From: an uncultured bacterium
Lineage (GTDB): Bacteria; Fidelibacterota; Marinisomatia; Marinisomatales; UBA1611
DNA: 64,000 nt
Reading direction: 5' to 3'
Assembly: GCA_964511215.1 (NCBI GenBank)
Contig: CAZEER010000003.1
Span: 6,457-70,456, forward strand
The notes under the pieces: generated by a model
Databases searched by the model: none
What the model was told of the DNA's origin: nothing
The model's input: only the letters and a program-made list of their open reading frames with translations
In this document: one piece after another, positions 14,826 to 24,526 of the stretch
Position numbering within the stretch: the stretch's first letter is position 1
How the letters are laid out: every line of letters begins with the position of its first letter
Translations under genes and position numbers: made by a program

Positions 14826-14943
14826 ACTATTATGAAAAAAATAGTTTTAAATAGGTCCGTAAATTAATCATTTGTATCATTTTCTAAAGTGGAAAAGTTA
14901 TGCATAATGACTAAAATAATATTTTTAACTTATCGGCTCTTAT

Positions 14944-15876
14944 ATGCGATTATTTCGAACGTTTTCATTTATATCTACTGCGCTGACGTATCTATTAATT
15001 TTTATCGGGGGTCTGGTTCGTGTCTCCGGAGCGGGTATGGGTTGCCCTGATTGGCCGAAATGTTTTGGTCGTTGGATTCCTCCGACAGACTTGAGCCAGG
15101 TTCCATTGCAATATTTTGACCAATTCAATATAGTTCTAGCTTGGATTGAATACTGTAATAGACTTTTTGGAGCTTTAGTGGGTCTGACCATAACACTAAC
15201 ATTAGCGATAGGTTTAAAATATTTTTCCCATATCCCAACTATCAAGTGGCCAATAGTTATTGCATTTTTTCTAACATTAATAGAAGGTTGGCTTGGTTCG
15301 GTATTGGTAGATACAGTACTTAATCCTTTCACGATTACTCTACATTTACTTTTGGCATTAATTATAGTTATGCTGTTGTTATACTCTTCGCAGGAGGCAT
15401 ACTACTTGGAGAATCCTAAGGCTGAAGTTTTAAGCAAATATCCTGAAGATATAGGCTGGCTTTTTAGTTTAATTTCCATTGCCTTAATTATAGAAATTAT
15501 TTTAGGTACTGAAATACGTGGAGGTCTAGAAATAATCCGTAAGGAAAATCCCATGGTGGAATCAGAGTTTCTACTGCAGATGCTTGGTCCTTTCAAATAC
15601 GTCCATACCATTCTTGGATTTGTAATTACCGGTTTATCTGGACTTCTATGGTATAAACTAGTAAAAAAATCTTTTAATCCCTCAGTTGTGGTTATACAAT
15701 CTTCCACTGCAATTCTGGTTTTTATTATGATACAAATTATCTTGGGTGAGATGCTAGTGTTTTTAGAGATAATACCTCTTATTCAATTGTTTCATCTTTG
15801 GATAGCATCCTGGATACTTGGTTTGGTCAGTATACAATATTGTGCATGGAAAAAATCAAGACTTATCTATGAATAA
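14944..15876 (+). CDS. ctaA: Haem A synthase (COX15/CtaA family)
   Basis: The N-terminal RVSGAGMGCPDWPKCFG motif is typical of CtaA/COX15. It has eight TM helices and conserved His residues in the helices. Confidence 0.9.
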   Translation: MRLFRTFSFISTALTYLLIFIGGLVRVSGAGMGCPDWPKCFGRWIPPTDLSQVPLQYFDQFNIVLAWIEYCNRLFGALVGLTITLTLAIGLKYFSHIPTIKWPIVIAFFLTLIEGWLGSVLVDTVLNPFTITLHLLLALIIVMLLLYSSQEAYYLENPKAEVLSKYPEDIGWLFSLISIALIIEIILGTEIRGGLEIIRKENPMVESEFLLQMLGPFKYVHTILGFVITGLSGLLWYKLVKKSFNPSVVVIQSSTAILVFIMIQIILGEMLVFLEIIPLIQLFHLWIASWILGLVSIQYCAWKKSRLIYE

Positions 15877-16456
15877 GATATTTTATTATACTTTATTTAT
15901 TATAGTTCTAATGGGGGTCGGTGCAAGTTGGGTAATTCAGAAAGCTAGATTTTCTCATGATTTACCAGTAATAAAACTGGTCCCAGATTTCTCATTTACA
16001 AATCAATATGGTGAAATTTTCACTCAGGATAATTTAAGAGGTAAGGTTTCAGTTTTAGATTTTTTTTTCACTAGCTGTGCTGGTCCCTGCCCAATAATGA
16101 CCTATAATATGAAAGAACTGTACAATGATTTTTCCCAAATAAATGAAGTCCAGTTTATTTCAATTACTGTTGATCCAATTCTAGATACAAAACTAAAGCT
16201 TAAAGAATATGCAGATATTCAGGGTGTCTATGATAAGCGTTGGCAGTTTTTATTTTCAGATCTGGAACAGATAAAAAATCTAAAGAGAAATGGGTTTATG
16301 CTTTATGCTGATCAATTACCACAGGGACACGCAATTAAATTTATTTTGATTGATGAGAATGGTAAGATTCGAAAATATTTTGATGGAACTGATGATGCCA
16401 GTCAAGCAGTATTAAGAGAAAATATTACACATCTCCTAAGAAATTTTAAATCATAA
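15869..16456 (+). CDS. SCO1/SenC family copper chaperone / thiol-disulfide oxidoreductase
   Basis: FFFTSCAGPCP (CxxxCP), ISITVDP and the conserved His in GHAIKFILIDENGKI. The start is reassigned to MNKIFYY (ATG 15869, TM anchor), which overlaps the ctaA stop. The track start at 15818 lies inside ctaA. Confidence 0.85.
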   Translation: MNKIFYYTLFIIVLMGVGASWVIQKARFSHDLPVIKLVPDFSFTNQYGEIFTQDNLRGKVSVLDFFFTSCAGPCPIMTYNMKELYNDFSQINEVQFISITVDPILDTKLKLKEYADIQGVYDKRWQFLFSDLEQIKNLKRNGFMLYADQLPQGHAIKFILIDENGKIRKYFDGTDDASQAVLRENITHLLRNFKS

Positions 16457-17338
16457 ATGAAGAGAAGACCCAAGCAGGCAGGCAGTTTATCTGAAGCTTA
16501 TTTTGAATTAACAAAACCTTCCATTACTTTTTTGATACTAGTATCAACAGCATTAGGCTATTACCTGGGAGGGAATGGTATATCAATTTATTCGCATTTT
16601 CTTTTCACATTGTTAGGATCTTGCCTTGTCTCTTCTGGTGCTGGGGCATTAAACCATTATATGGAAATGGAATCTGATGCATTAATGCATCGCACACAAT
16701 ATAGGCCGCTTCCTACAGGTATGATCTCTGGAGTTAGGGCTATGGTTTTTGGTCTTACTTTGATTTTTTCAGGTGCTATAATCCTCTATACATTAATTAA
16801 CTCTGTCACTGCTTTATTAGCTCTAGTGACAACTGCTATGTATCTTTTTATTTATACTCCTCTTAAAAAATTTACCTGGCTTAATACATCAATTGGAGCA
16901 ATACCAGGTTCTATTCCACCATTGGGAGGGTGGGCTGCTGCAACTGGGAACCTAGATCCTGAAGCTTGGATTTTATTTGCTATTTTATTTTTATGGCAGC
17001 ATCCACATTTTTATGCAATTGCGCTAATGTGTAAGGATGATTATAAAAAAGCAAATTTGAAAATGTTACCAGTTATAGAGCCTGATGGAAAACGGACAAA
17101 CAGGCAGATTATCTGGCATTCTATTTTGCTAATTCCTGTATCAGTTATGCCCGTATATATTGGTCTTCTTGATACGTTTTATTTTTATATGGCGCTGGTA
17201 TTAGGTTTGGGGTATATGTTGTCAGGTATTTTATTAGCCAGACAATACAGTATTGACAATGCTCGTTTTGTTTTAAAAATGTCAGTGCTATATCTACCTG
17301 CTCTTTTTATAACAATTATAGTGGATAAATTTTTATGA
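16457..17338 (+). CDS. ctaB: Protohaem IX farnesyltransferase (haem O synthase)
   Basis: UbiA-family polytopic protein with GAGALNHYMEMESDALM (N..D...D) and the QHPHFYAIA motif typical of CyoE/CtaB. Confidence 0.93.
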   Translation: MKRRPKQAGSLSEAYFELTKPSITFLILVSTALGYYLGGNGISIYSHFLFTLLGSCLVSSGAGALNHYMEMESDALMHRTQYRPLPTGMISGVRAMVFGLTLIFSGAIILYTLINSVTALLALVTTAMYLFIYTPLKKFTWLNTSIGAIPGSIPPLGGWAAATGNLDPEAWILFAILFLWQHPHFYAIALMCKDDYKKANLKMLPVIEPDGKRTNRQIIWHSILLIPVSVMPVYIGLLDTFYFYMALVLGLGYMLSGILLARQYSIDNARFVLKMSVLYLPALFITIIVDKFL

Positions 17339-17850
17339 AGAATGAAACGTTTTGGACTCGTATTATTATTGTAGTTTCTATAGTTATTAGTTTAGTAGTG
17401 GCTTTTCTTATACTTGGTCCTAGACCAGAAGGAATTGAGGGTATGGTTGATGTCTCGATATTACCTTTAATTAATGCTTCTTTAAATGCTATTACAACTT
17501 TTCTATTATTAGTGGGATATTTTTTTATAGTACGAAAAAATATTGAAGCTCATAAAGTTGTTATGTTGACTTCGTTTGGTACATCATCACTTTTTTTAGT
17601 GAGTTATGTTATATATCACTGGTTTAAAAGTGGTCCAAAAATTTACATTGGGAATTTTCATACAGTTTATTACATTATATTATTTAGCCATATAATACTG
17701 GCTGCGCTTATCATACCACTGGCTCTTTTTACACTTTATAGAGGTTGGGTGACAGATATAAAAAGACATAGAAAGATTGCACGAATCACACTCCCACTCT
17801 GGCTTTATGTATCTGTAACAGGTGTTATTATATATCTAATGCTTTACTAG
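17335..17850 (+). CDS. DUF420 membrane protein (CtaM-like oxidase accessory factor)
   Basis: 171 aa with four TM helices. The pattern INASLNAITTFLLLVGYFFI...H is typical of DUF420. It overlaps ctaB by 4 nt, and its position after the cta genes matches Firmicutes CtaM. Confidence 0.7.
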   Translation: MKNETFWTRIIIVVSIVISLVVAFLILGPRPEGIEGMVDVSILPLINASLNAITTFLLLVGYFFIVRKNIEAHKVVMLTSFGTSSLFLVSYVIYHWFKSGPKIYIGNFHTVYYIILFSHIILAALIIPLALFTLYRGWVTDIKRHRKIARITLPLWLYVSVTGVIIYLMLY

Positions 17851-17869
17851 TTTATCCGTATTTATTATC

Positions 17870-20800
17870 TCAAATTATTTTTACTAAGCCGCCAAATTTT
17901 TTATTAATCTGGAATCCCTGTTTGGCAAAAAACCTTTGGGCATAAAAGCCAACTGTAATGATCTCTATATTTCTATGTTTCATACGTTTATATAGGTCAG
18001 ACATTAGACGCTTACTCAAAAAAATATTTTGATATTTTTCTTTTATTACTACCCATTCGAGATGAATCCTATTTTTTCCCAGATTTTTCCAGTATAGACC
18101 TCCAACAAGCCGGTTCCTACTATTGAATGAAAATAGAAATTCATGCTCTGCAGTAAAAACCGCTGATAATGAAGAGTCAGAAAGCAGCGTATGAAATTGT
18201 GCGATTTCTTTAGGAAGGAATGGTGGTCTAATACGATACAATTTACCATCCTTACATTCAGTTTGATAAACTAAGTCAATACGAGCTTTGTCTCCTATAG
18301 TGGTCGTGACAAGTTCTACATAGTCAGCAGCATCAATGTGAGGGAAAAGCATTCTAGCAAGGAAAAACTTTTCACTTTCATTTAATTCTACTGTGGTTTG
18401 GATGTCTGAAATACGATCTTGGATATTCCAGGGACTAAGTTTATTCTCTCTTAGATCCTTAATCAGAGAGCGGAATTTATTCGTAAGATCAGGGTTCTCA
18501 TCTTTAAAGCAAGTCATCATAAAAAATCTTACACGAGTTTCCGGATATTCATCTAATAATCCATCTAATTCATAATCTTTATATAATTCCTGCAAGATTG
18601 ATGCTTTAGCATTAAGAGTAGCCTCTTGATTCAAATCCAACCAGCGCTCATATCTTAGAGATGCGAATACTACAGGCTTTGTTAATACTCCAAAATGATC
18701 TATCTCATTCAAAAATTGATTGATCCTATCTTTTGTTAATCCAACTAGTTTACATTTCTTTTTAACTTTATTATCGTCCATTTCTAGTTTGAGTTCTTCA
18801 AGAATGTTTTTACCTTTTTTAACTTTTAGCGCTTGAATTGTTGCAGAAAAAATAACTTCCCAATCTGACATATGTGTCAGTCCACTGTATCTTTTTTCAG
18901 TTTTTATAATATAATCTGTGTATAAAGACAAAAAATGCTCTGCCAATGAAACCATAGGTTTGCGACCAGAAATTGATATCAATCTTGTACCAGTTTTATA
19001 GTCATGTTGAGGTATAATTAAATTATTAGGTACTGGTGGTTGAATTGATAATTTATAATATGTTTTCCGCCAGAATTCTTGATAGGCTTGTATACCATTC
19101 CAGATAAAATGTAGCCACCGCATTTGCCAGCGGTCAACTTTAGTTCGATCGCTTATATCATTTTCATTTCGTTGTAAATAAGTAGCTAAAGTTTCGCCTT
19201 GTATATATTCTTCAGTATATAGATGCTGCTCAGGCCAGTATCCACCGAAATTTTCCACTAATTGATGACCTTTAAAACTCGAGCTCATGGTAATTAACCA
19301 CTTTACTTCTTCATCGATAAATTCACTGTCCCAACCTTCATTTAGGTTTATTACCACATTATGTGTACCAAAATTTCTTGTTTTCATCAGTACTCTGAAT
19401 ACGCTTTTGTTATTGCGACTTCCTAAGTGTGTGATCCAAATACCATTTTTACTTATATCATTGAGCCCTATTAAATAGTGTTTTGAAAATAAGAAAATTG
19501 ATTCTCTTATCAGCGATGTTTCAATAATAGCGTTTAAGATGCGTTTTTTATGTTTTTTACGCACATTTTCATCAAATGTAACAATATCTTTCCAGGTATA
19601 TTCTTGCCCTGTATCAGGGTCAATGGTAATTGTCGCTGATTTCCCTATCCATGTTCGAAATCCGTTTACTAAACTGTAATACCCTTTCTGTACGGTAGAG
19701 TGGATAGGTTTAGGTATATCAGACAATAACCACCTTATCAATTCAGATCGTGACCACACAAATCGTGTTGGATGAAGTGTCCCGTATTCAGCTAAAAGCA
19801 GTAATAATGTTTTAATAAAATCTTGTTCATTCTGCTCAACCTTTATTATGTCTTGGTGGCTCTTATAAAGATATTCCACTATGGATTTGAAATGATCATC
19901 ATTAGTGCGCTTTATATCAAATCTAAATTCTTTCGTGGGATCAGATTTTTTTTGAAAAAGATATGCTTCTCGAAGCATTACAATAAAAATACTCCCTGAA
20001 AGCAAAGGCGAAAGTGACTCAACTAGTTTAACGCGAAAAATAGGATTAGAATGATCTTGGTAGTTTAAAAAAGTGTCAATTATCACATTAGACCAATTAC
20101 TAGAAGAGTTACCTGTGATAGTATCAAGAGTTTCAAAAACAGAAATATCATTATTTATAAAGGAATTAACTGATTTATGAATACTGAATAAAAGGGTATC
20201 AATTTTTTCAGAAGATAATTTTGATGAGCTAGATAATTGAGCTAGAGTCTCTAGCCTATTGATTTTCAGAGAGCTGTTTATTTTTGCTTCTTTTAATCTG
20301 TAGATGGAGCTTCCTGTGAAATTGGAAAAATTAAAATTACCTAGCCATAGGCTAGGGCATTGTATTACAGTTTCTAAGTCTAGGATATTTGTAGTAGAAC
20401 TATAAAAAAAGTCACCCATTTGGATAGTGTTTTTTGACCATTTCAATATTAATGATCTATCCTGATCAGAAGTAGAAATAGAATTACCATCCCAAGAAAG
20501 GTTGCTTTTTACTGTTCCAATTTCTCTCAATAGCCAGTTTGGTATTTTAATTTCTTTGGAACCATAATAAAGCGATAAATAATTTTTTTCATAAAGGGGG
20601 CTGATTATATGATTAAAATTTTTTAAAATTGTTTTCCGTTTGAATGTACCTTTCTGAGTTATTTCACCTTTCTCTTTGGAAAAATTTCGTTGAATAATTA
20701 CATAATTCACTATTCTTTCAAAAGGTGAAAGAAAACTATTAACTGAAAGAATCATTGAACTAAAAATTTCTCTAATTTCATCATCATTTAAAATATCAAA

Positions 20801-22450
20801 TTGGATTGATGACTTTTTATAATCGGGGTAGATAAGTACTGAATTAAACTCAAGTCCATCTCCAATAAGAAATACGGATTTTATTAATTCAAAATCTTGA
20901 AAAAGATTTTCTATTTTTTGAGGGGCGATAGTTTGCCCTCGACTATTTTTATAGATATCCTTTTTTCTATCAATTATATAATAATGGCCGCTATCTTCAC
21001 GAAAGATATCTTCGGTGTGGAACCAATTATCTTTAAAAATATCAAGATTTTCTTCTTTATAATAGCCTTCGGTAACATAAGGACCTTTTAAGCAAAGTTC
21101 CCCATCTTCTTCTAATTTGAGTTTAATACCCGGAAGAGCTTTACCTACAGAATCTCTTTTATATTCTCCTGGGGGTGTCATGGTAATTCCTCCAGTTGCT
21201 TCCGTCATACCATAACCACTTAGTAGATTGATTCCATAGGATTGGAAAAATACAAAGATATCTGGATCAAGATACCCAGCAGCCGAGAGTCCTAATTTGA
21301 GATTTCCACCTGTTATATTACTTAAATGATTCTCAATAATTGATTTATCTTCAGAAGAAAGATCTAACTGACTTTCAAGTAAATCATATAATTGTTGCCA
21401 CCTTTTTGGGATACTTATGAATATTGTAGGGTTAAAAACCTTAAAATCATTTAATAAGGAATTAAAAGCAGGAGATCCAGCGAAAGAATATGATGCTCCC
21501 CAAAAAATACTTCCCATTAATTCAAAAAATCTTCCAAACGTATGGAAAAGAGGTAGATAAGCCAAAAAAATATCATTTGAACTTATTTTAGGCAAAGCTA
21601 ACGCGCGTGCAAAACGTTTACTAACTAAATTCAATTGGTTGAAGATGATACCTTTTGGGTTTGCTGTTGTTCCAGAAGTATACATAATCGTTTGGACCAT
21701 TTTCATATCAACACTCATGAGACGTGAATTACTATCAAAATTAATTTCCTCGTCACCACGTTCTAAAAATGTTTCCCACTGATTGACATTATCTTGATTA
21801 ATAGCAGATTCATCCAAAGAAATAAAATTAATACTGTGTTTATTTTTAACTTCGTTCAAAAGCCTCATGGCTGTCTTACCCCCTACAAATAGGTGAGTGA
21901 TTTCTCCGTGTGTAATAATATATGAAACATGTTCTGAAGTTGAGTTTAGTGGTATTGGTATAACGCGGATTCCAAATGACAGGCACGCTAAATCCAAAAA
22001 AACTCCATTTAATTGATTATGGGTAAGTATTCCAATTACAAGCTGCTTATCGGATTTTTCAAGAGTAGATAAGGCTTTACCTACTTCAATTACTTTTTGC
22101 CAGAGAGTAGAATAAGATACAGTATGAAGTTGTCCATCTTCGATAATATTTAAAGCAGTTTTTTTATTATAAGTCACAGATCTTTGTTGTAAAATATATC
22201 CAACATTGTATTTTGATTTTTTAATTAACTCGATTATTTTTTTGAGCCAGATATCTCTTTCATTAGATATGGATATAGTTTCAGAGACTATACTTAGATG
22301 GGCAAGCTCCAACATTTGATGTAGGATATTTGCATTTGGACTTTGGCTTAAACAATCGTCTAATAGTTGCATCAAATCATCTAAATTGAGATTATTTTTT
22401 TCAGCCAATTCTCTTGTTTTACTAATTCTTAATTGAAGATTAGAAGACAT
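17870..22450 (-). CDS. 1526-aa multidomain protein: N-terminal ANL adenylate-forming ligase, ~750-aa unassigned middle, C-terminal GNAT-like domain
   Basis: The ANL motifs are YTSGTTANPKGI (A3), GYGMTEA (A5), DIFKDNWFHTEDI (A7) and YIIDRKKDIYK (A8). The C-terminus reads VGGLYWKN...IHLEWVVIKEKYQNIFLSKRLMSDLYKRMK...VGFYAQRFFAKQGF, a GNAT beta4-alpha3 ... FY.K.GF pattern. Confidence 0.85.
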   Translation of the reverse strand: MSSNLQLRISKTRELAEKNNLNLDDLMQLLDDCLSQSPNANILHQMLELAHLSIVSETISISNERDIWLKKIIELIKKSKYNVGYILQQRSVTYNKKTALNIIEDGQLHTVSYSTLWQKVIEVGKALSTLEKSDKQLVIGILTHNQLNGVFLDLACLSFGIRVIPIPLNSTSEHVSYIITHGEITHLFVGGKTAMRLLNEVKNKHSINFISLDESAINQDNVNQWETFLERGDEEINFDSNSRLMSVDMKMVQTIMYTSGTTANPKGIIFNQLNLVSKRFARALALPKISSNDIFLAYLPLFHTFGRFFELMGSIFWGASYSFAGSPAFNSLLNDFKVFNPTIFISIPKRWQQLYDLLESQLDLSSEDKSIIENHLSNITGGNLKLGLSAAGYLDPDIFVFFQSYGINLLSGYGMTEATGGITMTPPGEYKRDSVGKALPGIKLKLEEDGELCLKGPYVTEGYYKEENLDIFKDNWFHTEDIFREDSGHYYIIDRKKDIYKNSRGQTIAPQKIENLFQDFELIKSVFLIGDGLEFNSVLIYPDYKKSSIQFDILNDDEIREIFSSMILSVNSFLSPFERIVNYVIIQRNFSKEKGEITQKGTFKRKTILKNFNHIISPLYEKNYLSLYYGSKEIKIPNWLLREIGTVKSNLSWDGNSISTSDQDRSLILKWSKNTIQMGDFFYSSTTNILDLETVIQCPSLWLGNFNFSNFTGSSIYRLKEAKINSSLKINRLETLAQLSSSSKLSSEKIDTLLFSIHKSVNSFINNDISVFETLDTITGNSSSNWSNVIIDTFLNYQDHSNPIFRVKLVESLSPLLSGSIFIVMLREAYLFQKKSDPTKEFRFDIKRTNDDHFKSIVEYLYKSHQDIIKVEQNEQDFIKTLLLLLAEYGTLHPTRFVWSRSELIRWLLSDIPKPIHSTVQKGYYSLVNGFRTWIGKSATITIDPDTGQEYTWKDIVTFDENVRKKHKKRILNAIIETSLIRESIFLFSKHYLIGLNDISKNGIWITHLGSRNNKSVFRVLMKTRNFGTHNVVINLNEGWDSEFIDEEVKWLITMSSSFKGHQLVENFGGYWPEQHLYTEEYIQGETLATYLQRNENDISDRTKVDRWQMRWLHFIWNGIQAYQEFWRKTYYKLSIQPPVPNNLIIPQHDYKTGTRLISISGRKPMVSLAEHFLSLYTDYIIKTEKRYSGLTHMSDWEVIFSATIQALKVKKGKNILEELKLEMDDNKVKKKCKLVGLTKDRINQFLNEIDHFGVLTKPVVFASLRYERWLDLNQEATLNAKASILQELYKDYELDGLLDEYPETRVRFFMMTCFKDENPDLTNKFRSLIKDLRENKLSPWNIQDRISDIQTTVELNESEKFFLARMLFPHIDAADYVELVTTTIGDKARIDLVYQTECKDGKLYRIRPPFLPKEIAQFHTLLSDSSLSAVFTAEHEFLFSFNSRNRLVGGLYWKNLGKNRIHLEWVVIKEKYQNIFLSKRLMSDLYKRMKHRNIEIITVGFYAQRFFAKQGFQINKKFGGLVKII

Positions 22451-22542
22451 AGTAGAAATTTATTAAGTCATATAAATGAATACCTATTCTAATTGTTAAA
22501 AAGCTAATGAACTATGTACATTCAAATATTATATAACTGACA

Positions 22543-24162
22543 TTGATTATGGATGCATTAAATAGAATAAAATTTCTTGAAGATCGATTACATCGTTTAA
22601 GCGAAATAGGCATGGCTTTATCAACAGAAAAAGATACAGATCGTCTGTTTGAAATGATTTTGGAAGAAGCAAAAAATATAACATGCGCAGATGGCAGAAC
22701 TCTATACTCTATGAATAAAGATGGAGATTTGGACTTCGAAATTTTGCGTAATGATTCAATGAACACTATTATGGGAGGGACTTCTGGAGTGGAGATACCT
22801 TATTATCCAGTGCACTTATGGCTAGATGATTCAACTCCAAATCAAAAAAATGTTTCAGCTTATGTTGCACTTACTGGGAAAACTGTAAACATAAAAGATG
22901 CCTATAAAGAAGAAGGGTTTGACTTTGAAGGAACCAAGAATTTTGATAAAAAATCTGGATATCGTTCCCAATCATTTCTCACTGTACCTTTAAAAAATCA
23001 TGAGAATGAAATTATTGGTGTAATGCAACTTATCAATGCGCAAAATGACAAAGGCGATGTAATTCCATTTAATGAAGAGATGCAGGAGCAGGTAGAGTCT
23101 CTTGCTTCTCAGGGTGCTGTTGCTTTGACAAATAAACGCCTTGTTGAGGAGTTAAAAATACTTTTTGAAGCATTTATTAAACTTATAGCAACTGCAATTG
23201 ATAAAAAATCAGAATATACTGGCGGTCATTGTGCGCGAGTTCCTGTTATTACAATGATGTTGGCTGATGCTGTAGCAAAAATGAAGAAAGGGAAATTCAA
23301 AGATTTTTCAATGACCGATGATGAAAGATATGAGTTATATATTGCTGCATGGTTGCACGATTGTGGAAAAGTAGCGACACCCCCTCATGTAGTGGATAAG
23401 GGTACAAAACTTGAAACTATATTTGATCGTATTGAGCTTATTAAGACTAGGATGGAACTATTAAAACGAGACGCTGAAATTGCCTTTTTACATAGACAGT
23501 TAGATGGAAATACTCCAGAATCGTATGATGATGAGTATTTCAAAACTATTGAAAAGATTGATACTAATATGAAATTTTTGGAAGAGTGTAATATAGGTGG
23601 TGAATATATGCATCCCGAACTGCAGGATCGAGTAAAGGAAATTGGATCACAGAAAGTATTTTTAAATGGAGAAAAAATTTCACTTCTCACAGAAGAAGAA
23701 ATAAGCAATCTAAATATTCCTAAGGGAACGCTCCTGCCTGAAGAAAGAGAAATAATTAATGATCATATTGTTATTACTATTGAGATGTTAGAACAACTTC
23801 CTTATCCGAAAAATTTAAAAAATGTTCCTGAATTTGCTGGAGGACACCATGAGAAATTGGATGGGACTGGTTATCCAAAAGGTTTGAAGGGAACACAAAT
23901 GTCTACTCAGGCTAAGATCATGGCTATTGCTGATATATATGAAGCATTAACTGCTGCAGATCGACCTTACAAGGATGGGAAAACGCTTTCTCAGGCAATG
24001 CGTATTATGGGTTTTATGAAAAATGACTTCCATATTGATGAGGATTTATTTGAGATATTTGTTACGTCAGGTATTTATAAAAAATATGCAGAAGATTATA
24101 TAGCAGAAACTCAGATTGATGTGGTCAATGAATTAGCTGTGTTAGGTAAAAATGAAAAATAA
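22543..24162 (+). CDS. GAF domain - HD-GYP domain signalling protein (putative c-di-GMP phosphodiesterase)
   Basis: The N-terminal GAF-like region includes SFLTVPLKNHENEIIGVMQLIN. The HD-GYP motifs are WLHDCGK, EEREIINDH and GGHHEKLDGTGYPKGL. Confidence 0.88.
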   Translation: MIMDALNRIKFLEDRLHRLSEIGMALSTEKDTDRLFEMILEEAKNITCADGRTLYSMNKDGDLDFEILRNDSMNTIMGGTSGVEIPYYPVHLWLDDSTPNQKNVSAYVALTGKTVNIKDAYKEEGFDFEGTKNFDKKSGYRSQSFLTVPLKNHENEIIGVMQLINAQNDKGDVIPFNEEMQEQVESLASQGAVALTNKRLVEELKILFEAFIKLIATAIDKKSEYTGGHCARVPVITMMLADAVAKMKKGKFKDFSMTDDERYELYIAAWLHDCGKVATPPHVVDKGTKLETIFDRIELIKTRMELLKRDAEIAFLHRQLDGNTPESYDDEYFKTIEKIDTNMKFLEECNIGGEYMHPELQDRVKEIGSQKVFLNGEKISLLTEEEISNLNIPKGTLLPEEREIINDHIVITIEMLEQLPYPKNLKNVPEFAGGHHEKLDGTGYPKGLKGTQMSTQAKIMAIADIYEALTAADRPYKDGKTLSQAMRIMGFMKNDFHIDEDLFEIFVTSGIYKKYAEDYIAETQIDVVNELAVLGKNEK

Positions 24163-24478
24163 ACCATTTGTGAAAAATGAATTAAAAGATGCGATCTTCC
24201 ATTTAATGGATCAAGTTAATTTGTCTTTGGAATCTGAACAAAATGTAGATGACTTCCTTGATAAAACAGATTTATTTGATCGGTGGGAATTATTACTTCC
24301 GGAAGAAGAGTATCCAATTTTTGTTATAGCTGTTTTAAATAATATTAGAAGAAATTCTATTATTGATGTAATTGTAGGTGCAATTATTGATAATTCAAAA
24401 AACAATATGTACGATGTATTACCTAATGTACAAAAAGAAGAATTTCGCTCCCATATTGGAGAGCATCCATTTAGTTAA
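24152..24478 (+). CDS. Hypothetical protein (108 aa), overlaps the HD-GYP gene end by 11 nt
   Basis: Track ORF. No family was recognised. The overlap with the upstream gene suggests translational coupling. Confidence 0.45.
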   Translation: MKNKPFVKNELKDAIFHLMDQVNLSLESEQNVDDFLDKTDLFDRWELLLPEEEYPIFVIAVLNNIRRNSIIDVIVGAIIDNSKNNMYDVLPNVQKEEFRSHIGEHPFS

Positions 24479-24526
24479 GTTGGTTCTAGATGAATCTCTA
24501 TAAAATGTTGAACTAATTGTTATTGC

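Noticed and set aside
15818-15868. Track start of the SCO gene at 15818
   Set aside because: This extension lies inside ctaA. The ATG at 15869 gives the expected TM anchor (MNKIFYYTLFIIVLMGV) and a typical ATGA-style overlap with the ctaA stop.
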